Source: Thermoproteota archaeon (GTDB taxonomy: Archaea > Korarchaeota > Korarchaeia > Korarchaeales > Korarchaeaceae). Taken from it: a DNA stretch of 64,000 nt. Both the position numbers and the translations under genes were made by a program. Shown here one piece after another: positions 29,499 through 38,429 of this stretch. The stretch spans positions 448,001 to 512,000 of the forward strand of contig JALSOH010000004.1 of NCBI GenBank assembly GCA_026986575.1. Reading direction: 5' to 3'. The notes beneath the pieces are model-generated. The model had not been told where the DNA came from and did not search any database. It saw only the letters and a program-made list of their open reading frames with translations. Numbering within the stretch: the first letter of the stretch is position 1; the number at the start of each line of letters is the position of its first letter.

Positions 29499-29540
29499 TT
29501 ACCTATGCGCCTTATCCTTCTTTCTTTCCCTCTAACTCCT

Positions 29541-29987
29541 TTATTCTCCGCCTGATCCTTGAAGTAGCTTATTGACTACATCCCTGAGTTCTCCCTTCTC
29601 CCTCGGGATATCGTACTCCATGCACATCAGGTCAGCAGCTTCCGCGTACTTACCTTGGATCCTCATGCCCGATTTGCAGTAGATCCTCTTCTTCCTAGCT
29701 TGGTAGCATATCTCGCAGATGAGGATGGAGAGGTCCTTCTTAGTGAGGTCCTTGTTTATCAGTCCGGTGGCTATCCTGTTGACTATCCTCATGATCTCCT
29801 TATCGTTCCTCAGATCTATTATGTTGCCCCTTGCCCCCCTCAGGTACTGGCTTATGGCAGCTTGGGTAACCCCAAGCATCTTAGCCACGTCTGTCTGTCT
29901 GAGCTTATACTTAGTTATGAGTTCCTTGGCTACTAGGGCCCTCACGGATGGGATGAGCGTTTTAACCACGAGTTCGCACGGCTGTAT
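29541..29987 (-). CDS. Archaeal HTH transcriptional regulator (COG2522-like, Cys-containing)
   Basis: RALVAKELITKYKLRQTDVAKMLGVTQAAISQYLRGARG; CEIC. Frame extends upstream of track start 29969 as IQPCELVVK, so the start is probably non-AUG. Confidence 0.8.
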   Translation of the reverse strand: MQPCELVVKTLIPSVRALVAKELITKYKLRQTDVAKMLGVTQAAISQYLRGARGNIIDLRNDKEIMRIVNRIATGLINKDLTKKDLSILICEICYQARKKRIYCKSGMRIQGKYAEAADLMCMEYDIPREKGELRDVVNKLLQGSGGE

Positions 29988-30019
29988 CGTTCCCTATCAC
30001 CTACTATAACATATGTTTT

Positions 30020-30033
30020 CGTTATATATAACG
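30020..30033. promoter_or_regulatory. Perfect 14-bp palindrome overlapping the TATA box of the regulator gene
   Basis: CGTTATATATAACG; a second palindrome AACATATGTT at 30008-30017. Confidence 0.6.
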
Positions 30034-30090
30034 GTATCCGTTCAGTAAAATGGGACCTTTTGCTATTTATACCCCACGTCATAAAAAATA

Positions 30091-31197
30091 TTAGGACGTG
30101 GAAATGACCACCTTGCCATTCTTCTCGAGATCCCTCACCATCTGTGGCATTACCGCCCATGTGCTGTGAACAACTACCTCTCCCCATCCAGAGTCAATCA
30201 ATTCCCTCGACAGACTGAACATGAGCAGCTTGTCGAACTCGCTCTCGTTAGAGAGAGCTCTCTCATCGCTGAGCAGCTTAATCATCGTTGCTGCCACTAG
30301 GGAGTCCTCCAACCTCTCAGCGAGCTTGCCTTTACCCTTGGGATCTGCTGGAAGCCTAGCATTCCTGACGAACTCCCTATCTATCTCCTCCATGATCTCA
30401 CTGGCAATGAGGGATAACTTAGCCTCCGTTTCCTTGAGAGCGAGTCTCTCCTCGTCTATGGGCAGCTCTTTAGCGACTACTTCGGCCTCTCTGTCTAAGA
30501 GTTCCTGGATCTCCGCTCTCCTGATGTCTATATAGTCCAATGCCTCCAGCTTAACCTCATTAAATGTCCTCCACCTCAAGAGGTTAACCGGCTCCTCCGG
30601 TACTATCTCATCCGGATCGTATCTGACCTCCTCCGTGGAGTGCATCGCATCTAAGATCTCATCCAGATCGAAGAATACGCTGGCCTCCCTTATAGCGGCT
30701 GCGGGATCATCCGCAGCATGTATGATGTTAAGCACCCTGTTGGTGCCCTTCAAGTCATACCTCAGGTTCCCCGGTTTACCAGCATCTGGTGTCGTTGGAC
30801 CGATTATGTCTCTCAACTTGGCGCTCAGGTGCTCGAACTCCCCAGGGTCCCCAACTAGGATCATCGGGATCACAGGGGCCTGACTGAACACCTTGGGCAT
30901 GATCCACCAAGAATCGAAGTACTTCTGCTTCACGAACATGTAGAGCTCATCAATGAGGGTCTCATCCATCTCGGTGACCTTCATGGCAACGGGAATAAGT
31001 CCGGATTCCTTCAGCCTGCTTATGACCTCTGGAGCGAGACCTCGCACGAACGCATCTGGCTTCACCATGGCGAAGGTCATCTTGGGTAGTGAGGAGATGT
31101 GCTCATCGTCAGCCTCGGAGACGAACTTCTCCTTAAGCTCCGCGAAGACAGGCCTCTCGACCTCATCTTCCCTCTCGAAGTAGGCCAGTGGATCCAT
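30091..31197 (-). CDS. Nucleoside-diphosphate kinase domain protein with long C-terminal extension
   Basis: TFAMVKPDA, LRDIIGPT, PGNLRYD, NIIHAAD, IREA. Start re-assigned to ATG 31197 after GGTGA RBS. Confidence 0.8.
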   Translation of the reverse strand: MDPLAYFEREDEVERPVFAELKEKFVSEADDEHISSLPKMTFAMVKPDAFVRGLAPEVISRLKESGLIPVAMKVTEMDETLIDELYMFVKQKYFDSWWIMPKVFSQAPVIPMILVGDPGEFEHLSAKLRDIIGPTTPDAGKPGNLRYDLKGTNRVLNIIHAADDPAAAIREASVFFDLDEILDAMHSTEEVRYDPDEIVPEEPVNLLRWRTFNEVKLEALDYIDIRRAEIQELLDREAEVVAKELPIDEERLALKETEAKLSLIASEIMEEIDREFVRNARLPADPKGKGKLAERLEDSLVAATMIKLLSDERALSNESEFDKLLMFSLSRELIDSGWGEVVVHSTWAVMPQMVRDLEKNGKVVISTS

Positions 31198-31201
31198 TAG
31201 A

Positions 31202-33226
31202 TCACCCCTTGACCTTAAATATGGCCACCTCGACATACCCTTTATTCTTACCCACGTGAACCAAGTCAAAGTAGTTCAGCTTGGCTCCACCTATCGCGTT
31301 CAGGGCCATCTTGTATAGAGTGGTATTCAGCGTGTAGTCCGTGGGAACGGAGCGTCCCGTAGTTCTGTCGTAGATGAAGAACTTCTGCAGATCCTGGGCG
31401 AACCACTTCCTGGCCTCGTCAGGTCTATAGGGGCTGTGCTGGAACTCTCCAGCTATCCAAGCCATGGCTACCCACTTACCCCCTCCTGAGAACTGCCCCA
31501 CTTCTCTGGGCACATCAACAACGACGTAGGTGGCGTTAAACCTACTTACTAGGTCTAACATTCTCTCCTCGGGACCGATGAAGGCCCTTGCCACTAACCT
31601 TATCTGGGTGGAGTTTATGGTGAGTCCGTCCACCATCGTTATCTTCCCCGCTCCGGTCTGCATCCAGTAACCGTAGTCCCACCAAGATACCACGACCTCA
31701 TCGGGCTTTGTATTCTGCTTCAACCACTCCAACGCATCCTTCCATCCCTCGGTGAAGCCGAGCGGGTACTCCATGGCCTCTTGGAAGGTAAGGACGTACT
31801 CTGAGTGTCCAGCGCCGTAATTCCTTATGTGGCCCTGGAAGGCAACTGGAAGCACTACTAGGAGGATCATCATCGTGACAGGAACCTTCATCATTCCCAG
31901 CTTCTTGGACATAGGAAGACTACCGCCCCTTCTCTTCTTAGCCCTCTCCAAGGATCTTATCTTTTTCATATAAGGTTCTGAGAACACCACTATCCTGTAA
32001 GCGAAGAAACCCGATACGAGCGCCACGAAAGGCGCGGCTAACGGGGGTAGCCTCACTATGCTGGTGGCGAAGTAGAGGGATATCAGGGTCATGAGGCTTA
32101 TCATAAGCTCGTCGTCGTTCCTCCACCTCTCCATCAGCAGGAAGAAGAGGCCCAGCACTCCGGGTATTAAGAGAGTGGTTAAAGTTTCCACAGTCGCTCC
32201 GGCACCGTGTTCAGCTACAGTCTCGACGACATTTCCCTGTGGAAGCTTCACTGACGGGAATAGGACCCTCATCAGCCTGCCCGTGAGGGGCTGGTATATG
32301 CCCAATGCGAAAAATGCAACGAGCAGGGCCAGTCCGACTCCAACGGATACTATCCTCCTCCGCTCGCTCAGGGCTCTCACGTTGATCTTGGGGAGGGAGA
32401 TGTAAACTAAGGCAGCTAGTAGAGAGGCCCAGACGAGCGTGCTCTCCACGCTTATGTAAAGCCTCCTGTAAGCTTGGTTGGAGAGGAACCCGAAGCTAGC
32501 CAGCAATACATAGAGAGGGGGCAACCCCAATGCCAGACCCTCACGCCAGTCCAACCTGTTCAGTAAGAGGAGGATCATGAGGAGCAACGCGTAACCGTCG
32601 TAGAGCGCCTTGAATCCCGCCCATACCCCTGCTGAGTACACCAAGAAGAGACCGCTAAGTCCAGAGTAAGCCAGTACCTTCCATTCTTCCTCACTCCTCA
32701 TGGCCTTTATCGTGAAGTACATTGAGGTCATGAGCAGGGGAATGGCGAACTGCTCGTGCCTGTACCATCCTGCTAGGGACCTGTTTATGTACGCCCAAGA
32801 TAGGGAGATGGCGAATGCGGATGTTATGGCCGCCGACCTATCCCACAGCTCCTTAGCCAGTAGATAGACTGGTATGACCACCAGCGGAGCGAATACGACC
32901 GGTATATACACTACAACCGTGTAAAGGTCGTTGAAACCGAAGAGAGACGCGATCTTATAGATCGCGGCACCGGTGTAGTAGTGAAGTATGGGCAGCACCT
33001 CGCTGGGATTGTAGCTCCAAGGATGCCAAGCTAGGGGATCGAACGTTGGAAGGTGCCCCGTCTTCACTAGGTACTCCGTTATCCTGTAGTGCAGCAACGG
33101 GTCGTCTGCAGTGAGGTGGGCTCCGTACTTGAAGGTCGGGAGGACCCTAATAATGGCACCCATTATGTAAGTGACTGCTATGACGAGAACATCGATTAAC
33201 CTGCCCTTCACGCCATCGTCGGGCAA
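31202..33226 (-). CDS. aglB: Oligosaccharyltransferase (STT3/AglB)
   Basis: Multi-TM N-terminus, ADDPLLH, TVAEH, SWWDYGYW. Confidence 0.92.
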   Translation of the reverse strand: MPDDGVKGRLIDVLVIAVTYIMGAIIRVLPTFKYGAHLTADDPLLHYRITEYLVKTGHLPTFDPLAWHPWSYNPSEVLPILHYYTGAAIYKIASLFGFNDLYTVVVYIPVVFAPLVVIPVYLLAKELWDRSAAITSAFAISLSWAYINRSLAGWYRHEQFAIPLLMTSMYFTIKAMRSEEEWKVLAYSGLSGLFLVYSAGVWAGFKALYDGYALLLMILLLLNRLDWREGLALGLPPLYVLLASFGFLSNQAYRRLYISVESTLVWASLLAALVYISLPKINVRALSERRRIVSVGVGLALLVAFFALGIYQPLTGRLMRVLFPSVKLPQGNVVETVAEHGAGATVETLTTLLIPGVLGLFFLLMERWRNDDELMISLMTLISLYFATSIVRLPPLAAPFVALVSGFFAYRIVVFSEPYMKKIRSLERAKKRRGGSLPMSKKLGMMKVPVTMMILLVVLPVAFQGHIRNYGAGHSEYVLTFQEAMEYPLGFTEGWKDALEWLKQNTKPDEVVVSWWDYGYWMQTGAGKITMVDGLTINSTQIRLVARAFIGPEERMLDLVSRFNATYVVVDVPREVGQFSGGGKWVAMAWIAGEFQHSPYRPDEARKWFAQDLQKFFIYDRTTGRSVPTDYTLNTTLYKMALNAIGGAKLNYFDLVHVGKNKGYVEVAIFKVKG

Positions 33227-33323
33227 ATTAGCTTCACCTTCGGGGATGTCTGACCCCCTCTTATAAAAATTGATCGAACGCCCGCGGCATCAATGTTATA
33301 AGAATGAGCCGAGATGAGGCCCG

Positions 33324-34214
33324 ATGGTGAGATCGGAACCGCCTCTAAACCCGAAACTAGCGCTGGCCGTAGGTATAGCTGCAGTATCCACTGCGAGCAT
33401 ACTGATAAGATTCAGCGAGAGCAACCCCCTAATCATAGCGGGTTATAGGATGGCATTCGCCTCCCTCCTCATGTCAATTCTCTCTGTAGGCTCCCTAAAT
33501 CAGATAAGGGGCCTCTCTGATGCGGAAAGGGCGGTCCTCATCTTGTCTGGGCTGAGTTTGGCGGTACACTTTGGCACATGGACGGCCAGCTTGGAGTACA
33601 CTTCTGTAGCTGCGAGCACGGTCATAGTTGACTCCTCACCGATATTCGTCGTCCTCCTCTCCTATCTGGTGTTGGGTGAGGGAGTCAACACCAGAGAGGC
33701 GGCAGGCATAGCGATATCCTTTCTGGGAGCCTCGATAATCGCGATGGGCCACTTAGATATGAGCTCCAATCTATTCGGAGACTTTCTCGCGCTAGTAGGA
33801 TCGATATCCTTGGCTGTTTACCTAGTGGCCGGGAGGAGGTTGAGGGGGAAGCTCGACCTCGCACCGTACACAGCGTCAGTGTACGGGATATCCGGGATAA
33901 TCCTTCTCCTTGCAGCTAGCGCGGCAGGCATCCCCCTCGCAGGGTACCCATTAAGGGAGTGGACGATATTCCTGGCGCTGGCTCTCATTCCGAGCGGGCT
34001 AGGCCACAACTCCTACAACTACGCACTCAAGTACCTGAAGGCCTCCGTCGTTAGCGTATCCATACTGGGAGAGCCTATCGGTGCATCTATACTGGCTGCG
34101 ATTCTGCTGAGGGAGCTACCCCGCGTTACTACGGTCATCGGGGGCGCTCTAGTTTTAGGTGGGATTTACGCAGCTGTTACCTCGCAGAAAGGTGTTCCCA
34201 ATGGGAATCGTTGA
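33324..34214 (+). CDS. DMT/EamA-family transporter
   Basis: About 10 TM helices, duplicated EamA pattern, LGEPIGA. Confidence 0.9.
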   Translation: MVRSEPPLNPKLALAVGIAAVSTASILIRFSESNPLIIAGYRMAFASLLMSILSVGSLNQIRGLSDAERAVLILSGLSLAVHFGTWTASLEYTSVAASTVIVDSSPIFVVLLSYLVLGEGVNTREAAGIAISFLGASIIAMGHLDMSSNLFGDFLALVGSISLAVYLVAGRRLRGKLDLAPYTASVYGISGIILLLAASAAGIPLAGYPLREWTIFLALALIPSGLGHNSYNYALKYLKASVVSVSILGEPIGASILAAILLRELPRVTTVIGGALVLGGIYAAVTSQKGVPNGNR

Positions 34215-35007
34215 GGAGGCAGTCATTCTAGCCGGAGGAAAGAGCACTAGGTTCGGGAGAGATAAGCTGACCTACAAGGTTAACGGTAGAGAAATGCTAG
34301 TTAGGGTGGCTGAAGCAGCTCTGGCAGTAGCAGAGAAGGTCATTCTCTCGGTTAGAAGTGAGGAAGATGGTGAGAGACTATCTAAACTAACTGGACTGGA
34401 CTACAGGATCGATGAACAATTACCCTGCACGGGGCCCATCAGGGGCGCGCTCTCCTCGGTCAAAGAGGAGTATACTCTGCTTCTCCCTGCTGACCTGCCT
34501 TGGGTGAATGGTGATGTGTTGAAGTCCTTTCTGGGGATGTGCGGGGACTCCTCAGTCCAGATATGTGGTCTCCTGTGGTCCACCCAAGGGAGGTACTTGG
34601 ATCCAATGATCGCTCACATTCATTCCTTGGAACCGCTGATCCACGTGAAAAAGGCTTGCCCTTTGAAGAACATGAGAGTGACCGATATCCATAGAGCCGC
34701 TTCCTCTCTCCTGATGATCTCAGCCGGTCTTCTGGATGAACCTTGGAGGCTCTTAGATGTAGACAGACCAGAAGATCTCGTGAGAAGGGAGGGAAAATGG
34801 GAGAAGGGGCTCCTGTACATCGCTCCTAGAACCTTAGGGAATCCCTACAGGAGGGCCATTGAGGAGCTAGAGACGGGATCCCTCAATGGAGCCCGTGAGA
34901 TGTTTAATTTGGAGTTATCTATATTCTGGGATGTGGAAAACATCCGCGATCATGTGAACAAGGACCTGAGGTCGCTGGGTGGGAAGGATGGAGGTAGTGA
35001 TAAATAA
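34201..35007 (+). CDS. mobA: Molybdenum cofactor guanylyltransferase
   Basis: AVILAGGKSTRFGRDK, GPIRG, PADLP, DVDRPED. ATG 34201 after GGTG. Confidence 0.8.
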   Translation: MGIVEEAVILAGGKSTRFGRDKLTYKVNGREMLVRVAEAALAVAEKVILSVRSEEDGERLSKLTGLDYRIDEQLPCTGPIRGALSSVKEEYTLLLPADLPWVNGDVLKSFLGMCGDSSVQICGLLWSTQGRYLDPMIAHIHSLEPLIHVKKACPLKNMRVTDIHRAASSLLMISAGLLDEPWRLLDVDRPEDLVRREGKWEKGLLYIAPRTLGNPYRRAIEELETGSLNGAREMFNLELSIFWDVENIRDHVNKDLRSLGGKDGGSDK

Positions 35008-36007
35008 GAACGAGACCTTCGAGCCAGCTGGGAGGTACGACAGGGTCGAGTGCCGGGGGTCAGCGAGGATAAAGGGGGCCCTAGAAGCCACTGAGGTCGT
35101 GTGTAAGGGAAAGCTCGAGGCTGAGGAGTTATTCGTGGTAAGGGTGGAGGCAAGGGGTCTGAAATGCAGGAGAATCAGGGCAAGGGAACTGATCACGGAC
35201 TTCTTGGAGGCAGGAACGGTGGAGGTAGAAAGGGCGTACATCCGCGGTCCAGCTAGGGTTAGCAGCTCCATCAAGGCGGTTGAGGTGAGGGTGGAGGGTT
35301 CCCTGTCCTGCGCCGCACTCGAGGCGAAGGAGGCGATGATCTCAGGCAGTTTCAGGGCCCTGAAAGTGGATGTCAAGCATCTGGAGGTAAAAGGATCCCT
35401 TGAGGTAGACGAGGGGCGTATAGATCGAGCCTCAGTCGGAGGATCAGCTAAGCTTGGAAACTGCGAGATACTCGGAATCAGAGTGGGAGGGACATTAAGA
35501 GTAACTGGGAGCACCAACATCGGAGAAGCAGAAACGGGAATGGCAGAGGTGACTGGGCGCTTAACAGGAGGACTGCTGAAGGTAGATGAGGTTTTGAAGG
35601 TAGGGGGCGATGTTAGAGTAAGGACCTTGAAGGTAGGGGGAGCCCTCAAAGTATCAGGATCCCTTTCCGCGGAGGAAGCTCATGTATCCGTGAAGGGGAA
35701 GGGCAGATTGGCGGGCGGAAGGATCATAGTGGTTGGGGAGGCCACCGAGGTTGAGGGGGAGGAGATCCAACTGATAAACGCTAGAGTATCGAAGGTGATC
35801 GGAGGGAGGGTGAGGGTAAGGGATTCCTCCGTTAGAGTCATTAATGCGGTGGAGGTCGAAGTGATGGGAAGATCTAGGGTATCACAAATAGCGGCAGAGA
35901 AGGTTTACGTGGCTGGCGGGATGGTAGAAAAGGTGTACTACACGGAGAGGTTATTTGTATCACCGGAAGCCCAGGTGAAGTGGGAAAAGAAGGTGGCCAG
36001 CTTATGA
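34988..36007 (+). CDS. Beta-helix repeat protein, polymer-forming cytoskeletal (bactofilin-like)
   Basis: Whole protein consists of V/I-x-V-x-G-x-L/A repeats (VRVEGSL, LEVKGSL, ASVGGSA, LKVGGAL). Confidence 0.65.
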   Translation: MEVVINKNETFEPAGRYDRVECRGSARIKGALEATEVVCKGKLEAEELFVVRVEARGLKCRRIRARELITDFLEAGTVEVERAYIRGPARVSSSIKAVEVRVEGSLSCAALEAKEAMISGSFRALKVDVKHLEVKGSLEVDEGRIDRASVGGSAKLGNCEILGIRVGGTLRVTGSTNIGEAETGMAEVTGRLTGGLLKVDEVLKVGGDVRVRTLKVGGALKVSGSLSAEEAHVSVKGKGRLAGGRIIVVGEATEVEGEEIQLINARVSKVIGGRVRVRDSSVRVINAVEVEVMGRSRVSQIAAEKVYVAGGMVEKVYYTERLFVSPEAQVKWEKKVASL

Positions 36008-36475
36008 TCACCCGAGCTTCTCTACCGCCTCCTTTAGATTCCTGACAGCCTCCTCTAACAGGCTTGATGCCTTCTTCAGTAGTTCCTTGGCTTCATTCAG
36101 TCCCTCAACCTTCTTGAGGCCCAAAATCACACTTAGGGTATCATCTATCTCTCCCTTCTCCAACTTCTTGTAAGCCTCCAACACTATCTTGCCTGCCTCG
36201 GTCTCACCCCTAAGGTGCTTCTTTATGGTGGCCTCGGTCCTCCCAATATCCTCAGCTATTTCAGAGAGGGTCATTCCCGCCTTATCCCTCGCGAGGGCAG
36301 CGGCTGCGGTGGCTATGCTATCTATCCAGGTCAGCCTGTCCTTGGGATCCCTCAACTGCTCCACAAACTTCGGATCCGTGAGTACTTCGATCAGAGACGA
36401 GATGAGCAGGCTGTACTCCAGCTTGTGAATTTCCTCCTTACCCATCGGTTTGAGCGGTATTCCCATCTCGGCCAT
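36008..36475 (-). CDS. Archaeal KaiC-associated regulatory-domain HTH protein (COG1318-like)
   Basis: DRLTWIDSIATAAAALARDKAGMTLSEIAEDIGRTEATIKKHLRGETEAG. Confidence 0.8.
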   Translation of the reverse strand: MAEMGIPLKPMGKEEIHKLEYSLLISSLIEVLTDPKFVEQLRDPKDRLTWIDSIATAAAALARDKAGMTLSEIAEDIGRTEATIKKHLRGETEAGKIVLEAYKKLEKGEIDDTLSVILGLKKVEGLNEAKELLKKASSLLEEAVRNLKEAVEKLG

Positions 36476-36662
36476 GATATCACCTCTAGGAAAAATGTAT
36501 TCAGGATAATTTATAAATATTTCACTAAGTAAATTCTATTAAAGCGGTATCTCATAAAAATAATCAGATATGTTTGACGCGAATATTAATCGTCCTTAAT
36601 TTAGGAAAAAGCTAACTTAGAAAAAATCTTTTATTATTATACTGCATTGCACTAGCGGGGCA

Positions 36663-36953
36663 ATGGCCCGCCTAATGAAGGAGGAAATCGCACTGAGGGG
36701 AGGAAAGGCCACAATAATCTGCGTGGACGAGGAGGAGAGCGGGAACTTCAGGCTCTTGTACAGGAAAGACCGCTGGAGGGAGGATGAGTGGGTGAGGGTA
36801 GACTCAGAAGGAGACGGCGCTTATCTCCAAGTGAGGAGGAGGTTGGGTAAGCTGAAATGCGGGGACCTCAAGCGCTTGCTTGAGCTGATACTTGATAAAG
36901 TGGAGGAGCTGGGGGAATTTGGCGGTGGGGAGTTCGGGGAGAATGAAGACTAG
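36663..36953 (+). CDS. Small protein, putative toxin (DUF6516/TumE-like)
   Basis: FRLLY...WVRVDSEG pattern; overlaps the next gene by 11 nt. Confidence 0.45.
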   Translation: MARLMKEEIALRGGKATIICVDEEESGNFRLLYRKDRWREDEWVRVDSEGDGAYLQVRRRLGKLKCGDLKRLLELILDKVEELGEFGGGEFGENED

Positions 36954-37410
36954 AAGGAAGGTGGAGGATCTATCTGAAGTGCCTCTATCCAAGCTATTAG
37001 GCGAGATCAGGAAGTTCGAGGCCAAGTACGGGAAGAGCTTCCAAGAATTCATTTCCTCATTGAAGGAGGATAGAGCGAGCATGGAGGAACTGGCTGACGG
37101 ATTCCTGTGGGAGCAGTACGTGAAAGAGGTCCTCAGGAGATCCTCCATGGGAAGGCTAGAACTTAGCGTTGAGGACGCCGTGGAGTTCACTGAGATCTTC
37201 ACTCCAGCTAGATTGGAGATAATGGGCTACCTAGCCAAGAAGAAGGAGGCCACGGTGTCAGAAATAGCTCGCTCCCTGAGGAGACCTGTGGGTTCCGTGT
37301 CTGAGATGTTGAAGATCCTCGAGTCCAAGGGACTGGTGAAGTCGGAGAGGAGGGGAAAGAGGAAGGTCTATAGCTTGCTGGTGAGGGAGATCCTACTCAG
37401 AATGGGATAG
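36943..37410 (+). CDS. Putative antitoxin/regulator: TumA-like N-terminus plus ArsR/HVO_A0114-like wHTH
   Basis: RKFEAKYGKSFQEF...DGFLW then IFTPARLEIMGYL..TVSEIARSLRRPVGSVSEMLKILESKGLV. Start ATG 36943. Confidence 0.7.
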   Translation: MKTRRKVEDLSEVPLSKLLGEIRKFEAKYGKSFQEFISSLKEDRASMEELADGFLWEQYVKEVLRRSSMGRLELSVEDAVEFTEIFTPARLEIMGYLAKKKEATVSEIARSLRRPVGSVSEMLKILESKGLVKSERRGKRKVYSLLVREILLRMG

Positions 37411-37418
37411 GTGCTATC

Positions 37419-38429
37419 ATGAGGTTCAGGGCAGTTACCCTACATGTGAGGGACCCAGAGGATTACCTCTCTTACTCGGACCTACTCAAGAAAGTTTCAT
37501 CCAAGCTGGAGTCCTTCACGACTAGGGTAGTATCACCTAAACCGGGAGATGAGCTAGACATCGATCTCAAAGCGGTGTACTCCGGTGAGGGATTAGAGGG
37601 TTTCGATATGGCGTGGGAACTGCTCAAGGAGGGATATTTCACCTCCGTGTCCCTTGGGAGAGATCCCTACACGGCTCATCTAGGGTACGCGGCTTCCTTC
37701 ATAAGGAGAGTGTCCGAAGAACTCGGTCCGGAGTACGGAACGATGCTCGCGGTTACGTCGGATCCGCCGCCGGAGGGGCCGTACTTCCCAGCATCCAAAT
37801 CCTCCTCCCTAGGATTGAGCGCCTCCCTTCTCTACCCCTCCGACCTTTACGGAGCTCTCTACGAGGCGGAGGAACCAGACACGACAGTAAGGCACATGCT
37901 TTCCCTCATATTCAATGAGGCCTATGGGGAATTCGTAGATGCTGTGGGAGAAGAGGCCCCGATACTTGGTATGGACTACTCTCTCAGTCCTTGGATGGAA
38001 GAGAGCTCGGCTCATGTTGTGAGCCTCATGGCTAGGGCTCCTTTCATGGCTCCAGGAACGGCAAGAGCAATATTGGAGCTCAACAGATCCATAGAGGAGG
38101 CCTCCGAGGGGCTGAAGCCCTTAGGCTACAACGAGGTAATGCTCCCAATGGCCGAGGACGACCTCCTCAAGCAGATGGCTCTTGAGGGATCCCTCACCGC
38201 TAGAGACCTGGTCTCCCTTACTCCTTACTGTATAACCGGATTGGACATGGTCATCCTGCCTAGGTCCACGCCCGACAGGGAGATAGCTGCGCTGATAGGT
38301 GACGTCCTAGCTTCGAGCTACGTGAAAAACAGAGTTCTCGGCGTCAGGATCATTTTAGTGGATGGGGAACCGGGGGAGGAGGCGGAGCTGGGCAGGTTCG
38401 GTAAGGTCCCGGTGATGAGGGTGGGCTAG
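37419..38429 (+). CDS. DUF711 (PFL/RNR-like barrel) family protein, short type
   Basis: PYFPA, GMDYSLSPW, GYNEVMLPMAEDD, CITGLDM, LGVRI. Confidence 0.85.
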   Translation: MRFRAVTLHVRDPEDYLSYSDLLKKVSSKLESFTTRVVSPKPGDELDIDLKAVYSGEGLEGFDMAWELLKEGYFTSVSLGRDPYTAHLGYAASFIRRVSEELGPEYGTMLAVTSDPPPEGPYFPASKSSSLGLSASLLYPSDLYGALYEAEEPDTTVRHMLSLIFNEAYGEFVDAVGEEAPILGMDYSLSPWMEESSAHVVSLMARAPFMAPGTARAILELNRSIEEASEGLKPLGYNEVMLPMAEDDLLKQMALEGSLTARDLVSLTPYCITGLDMVILPRSTPDREIAALIGDVLASSYVKNRVLGVRIILVDGEPGEEAELGRFGKVPVMRVG

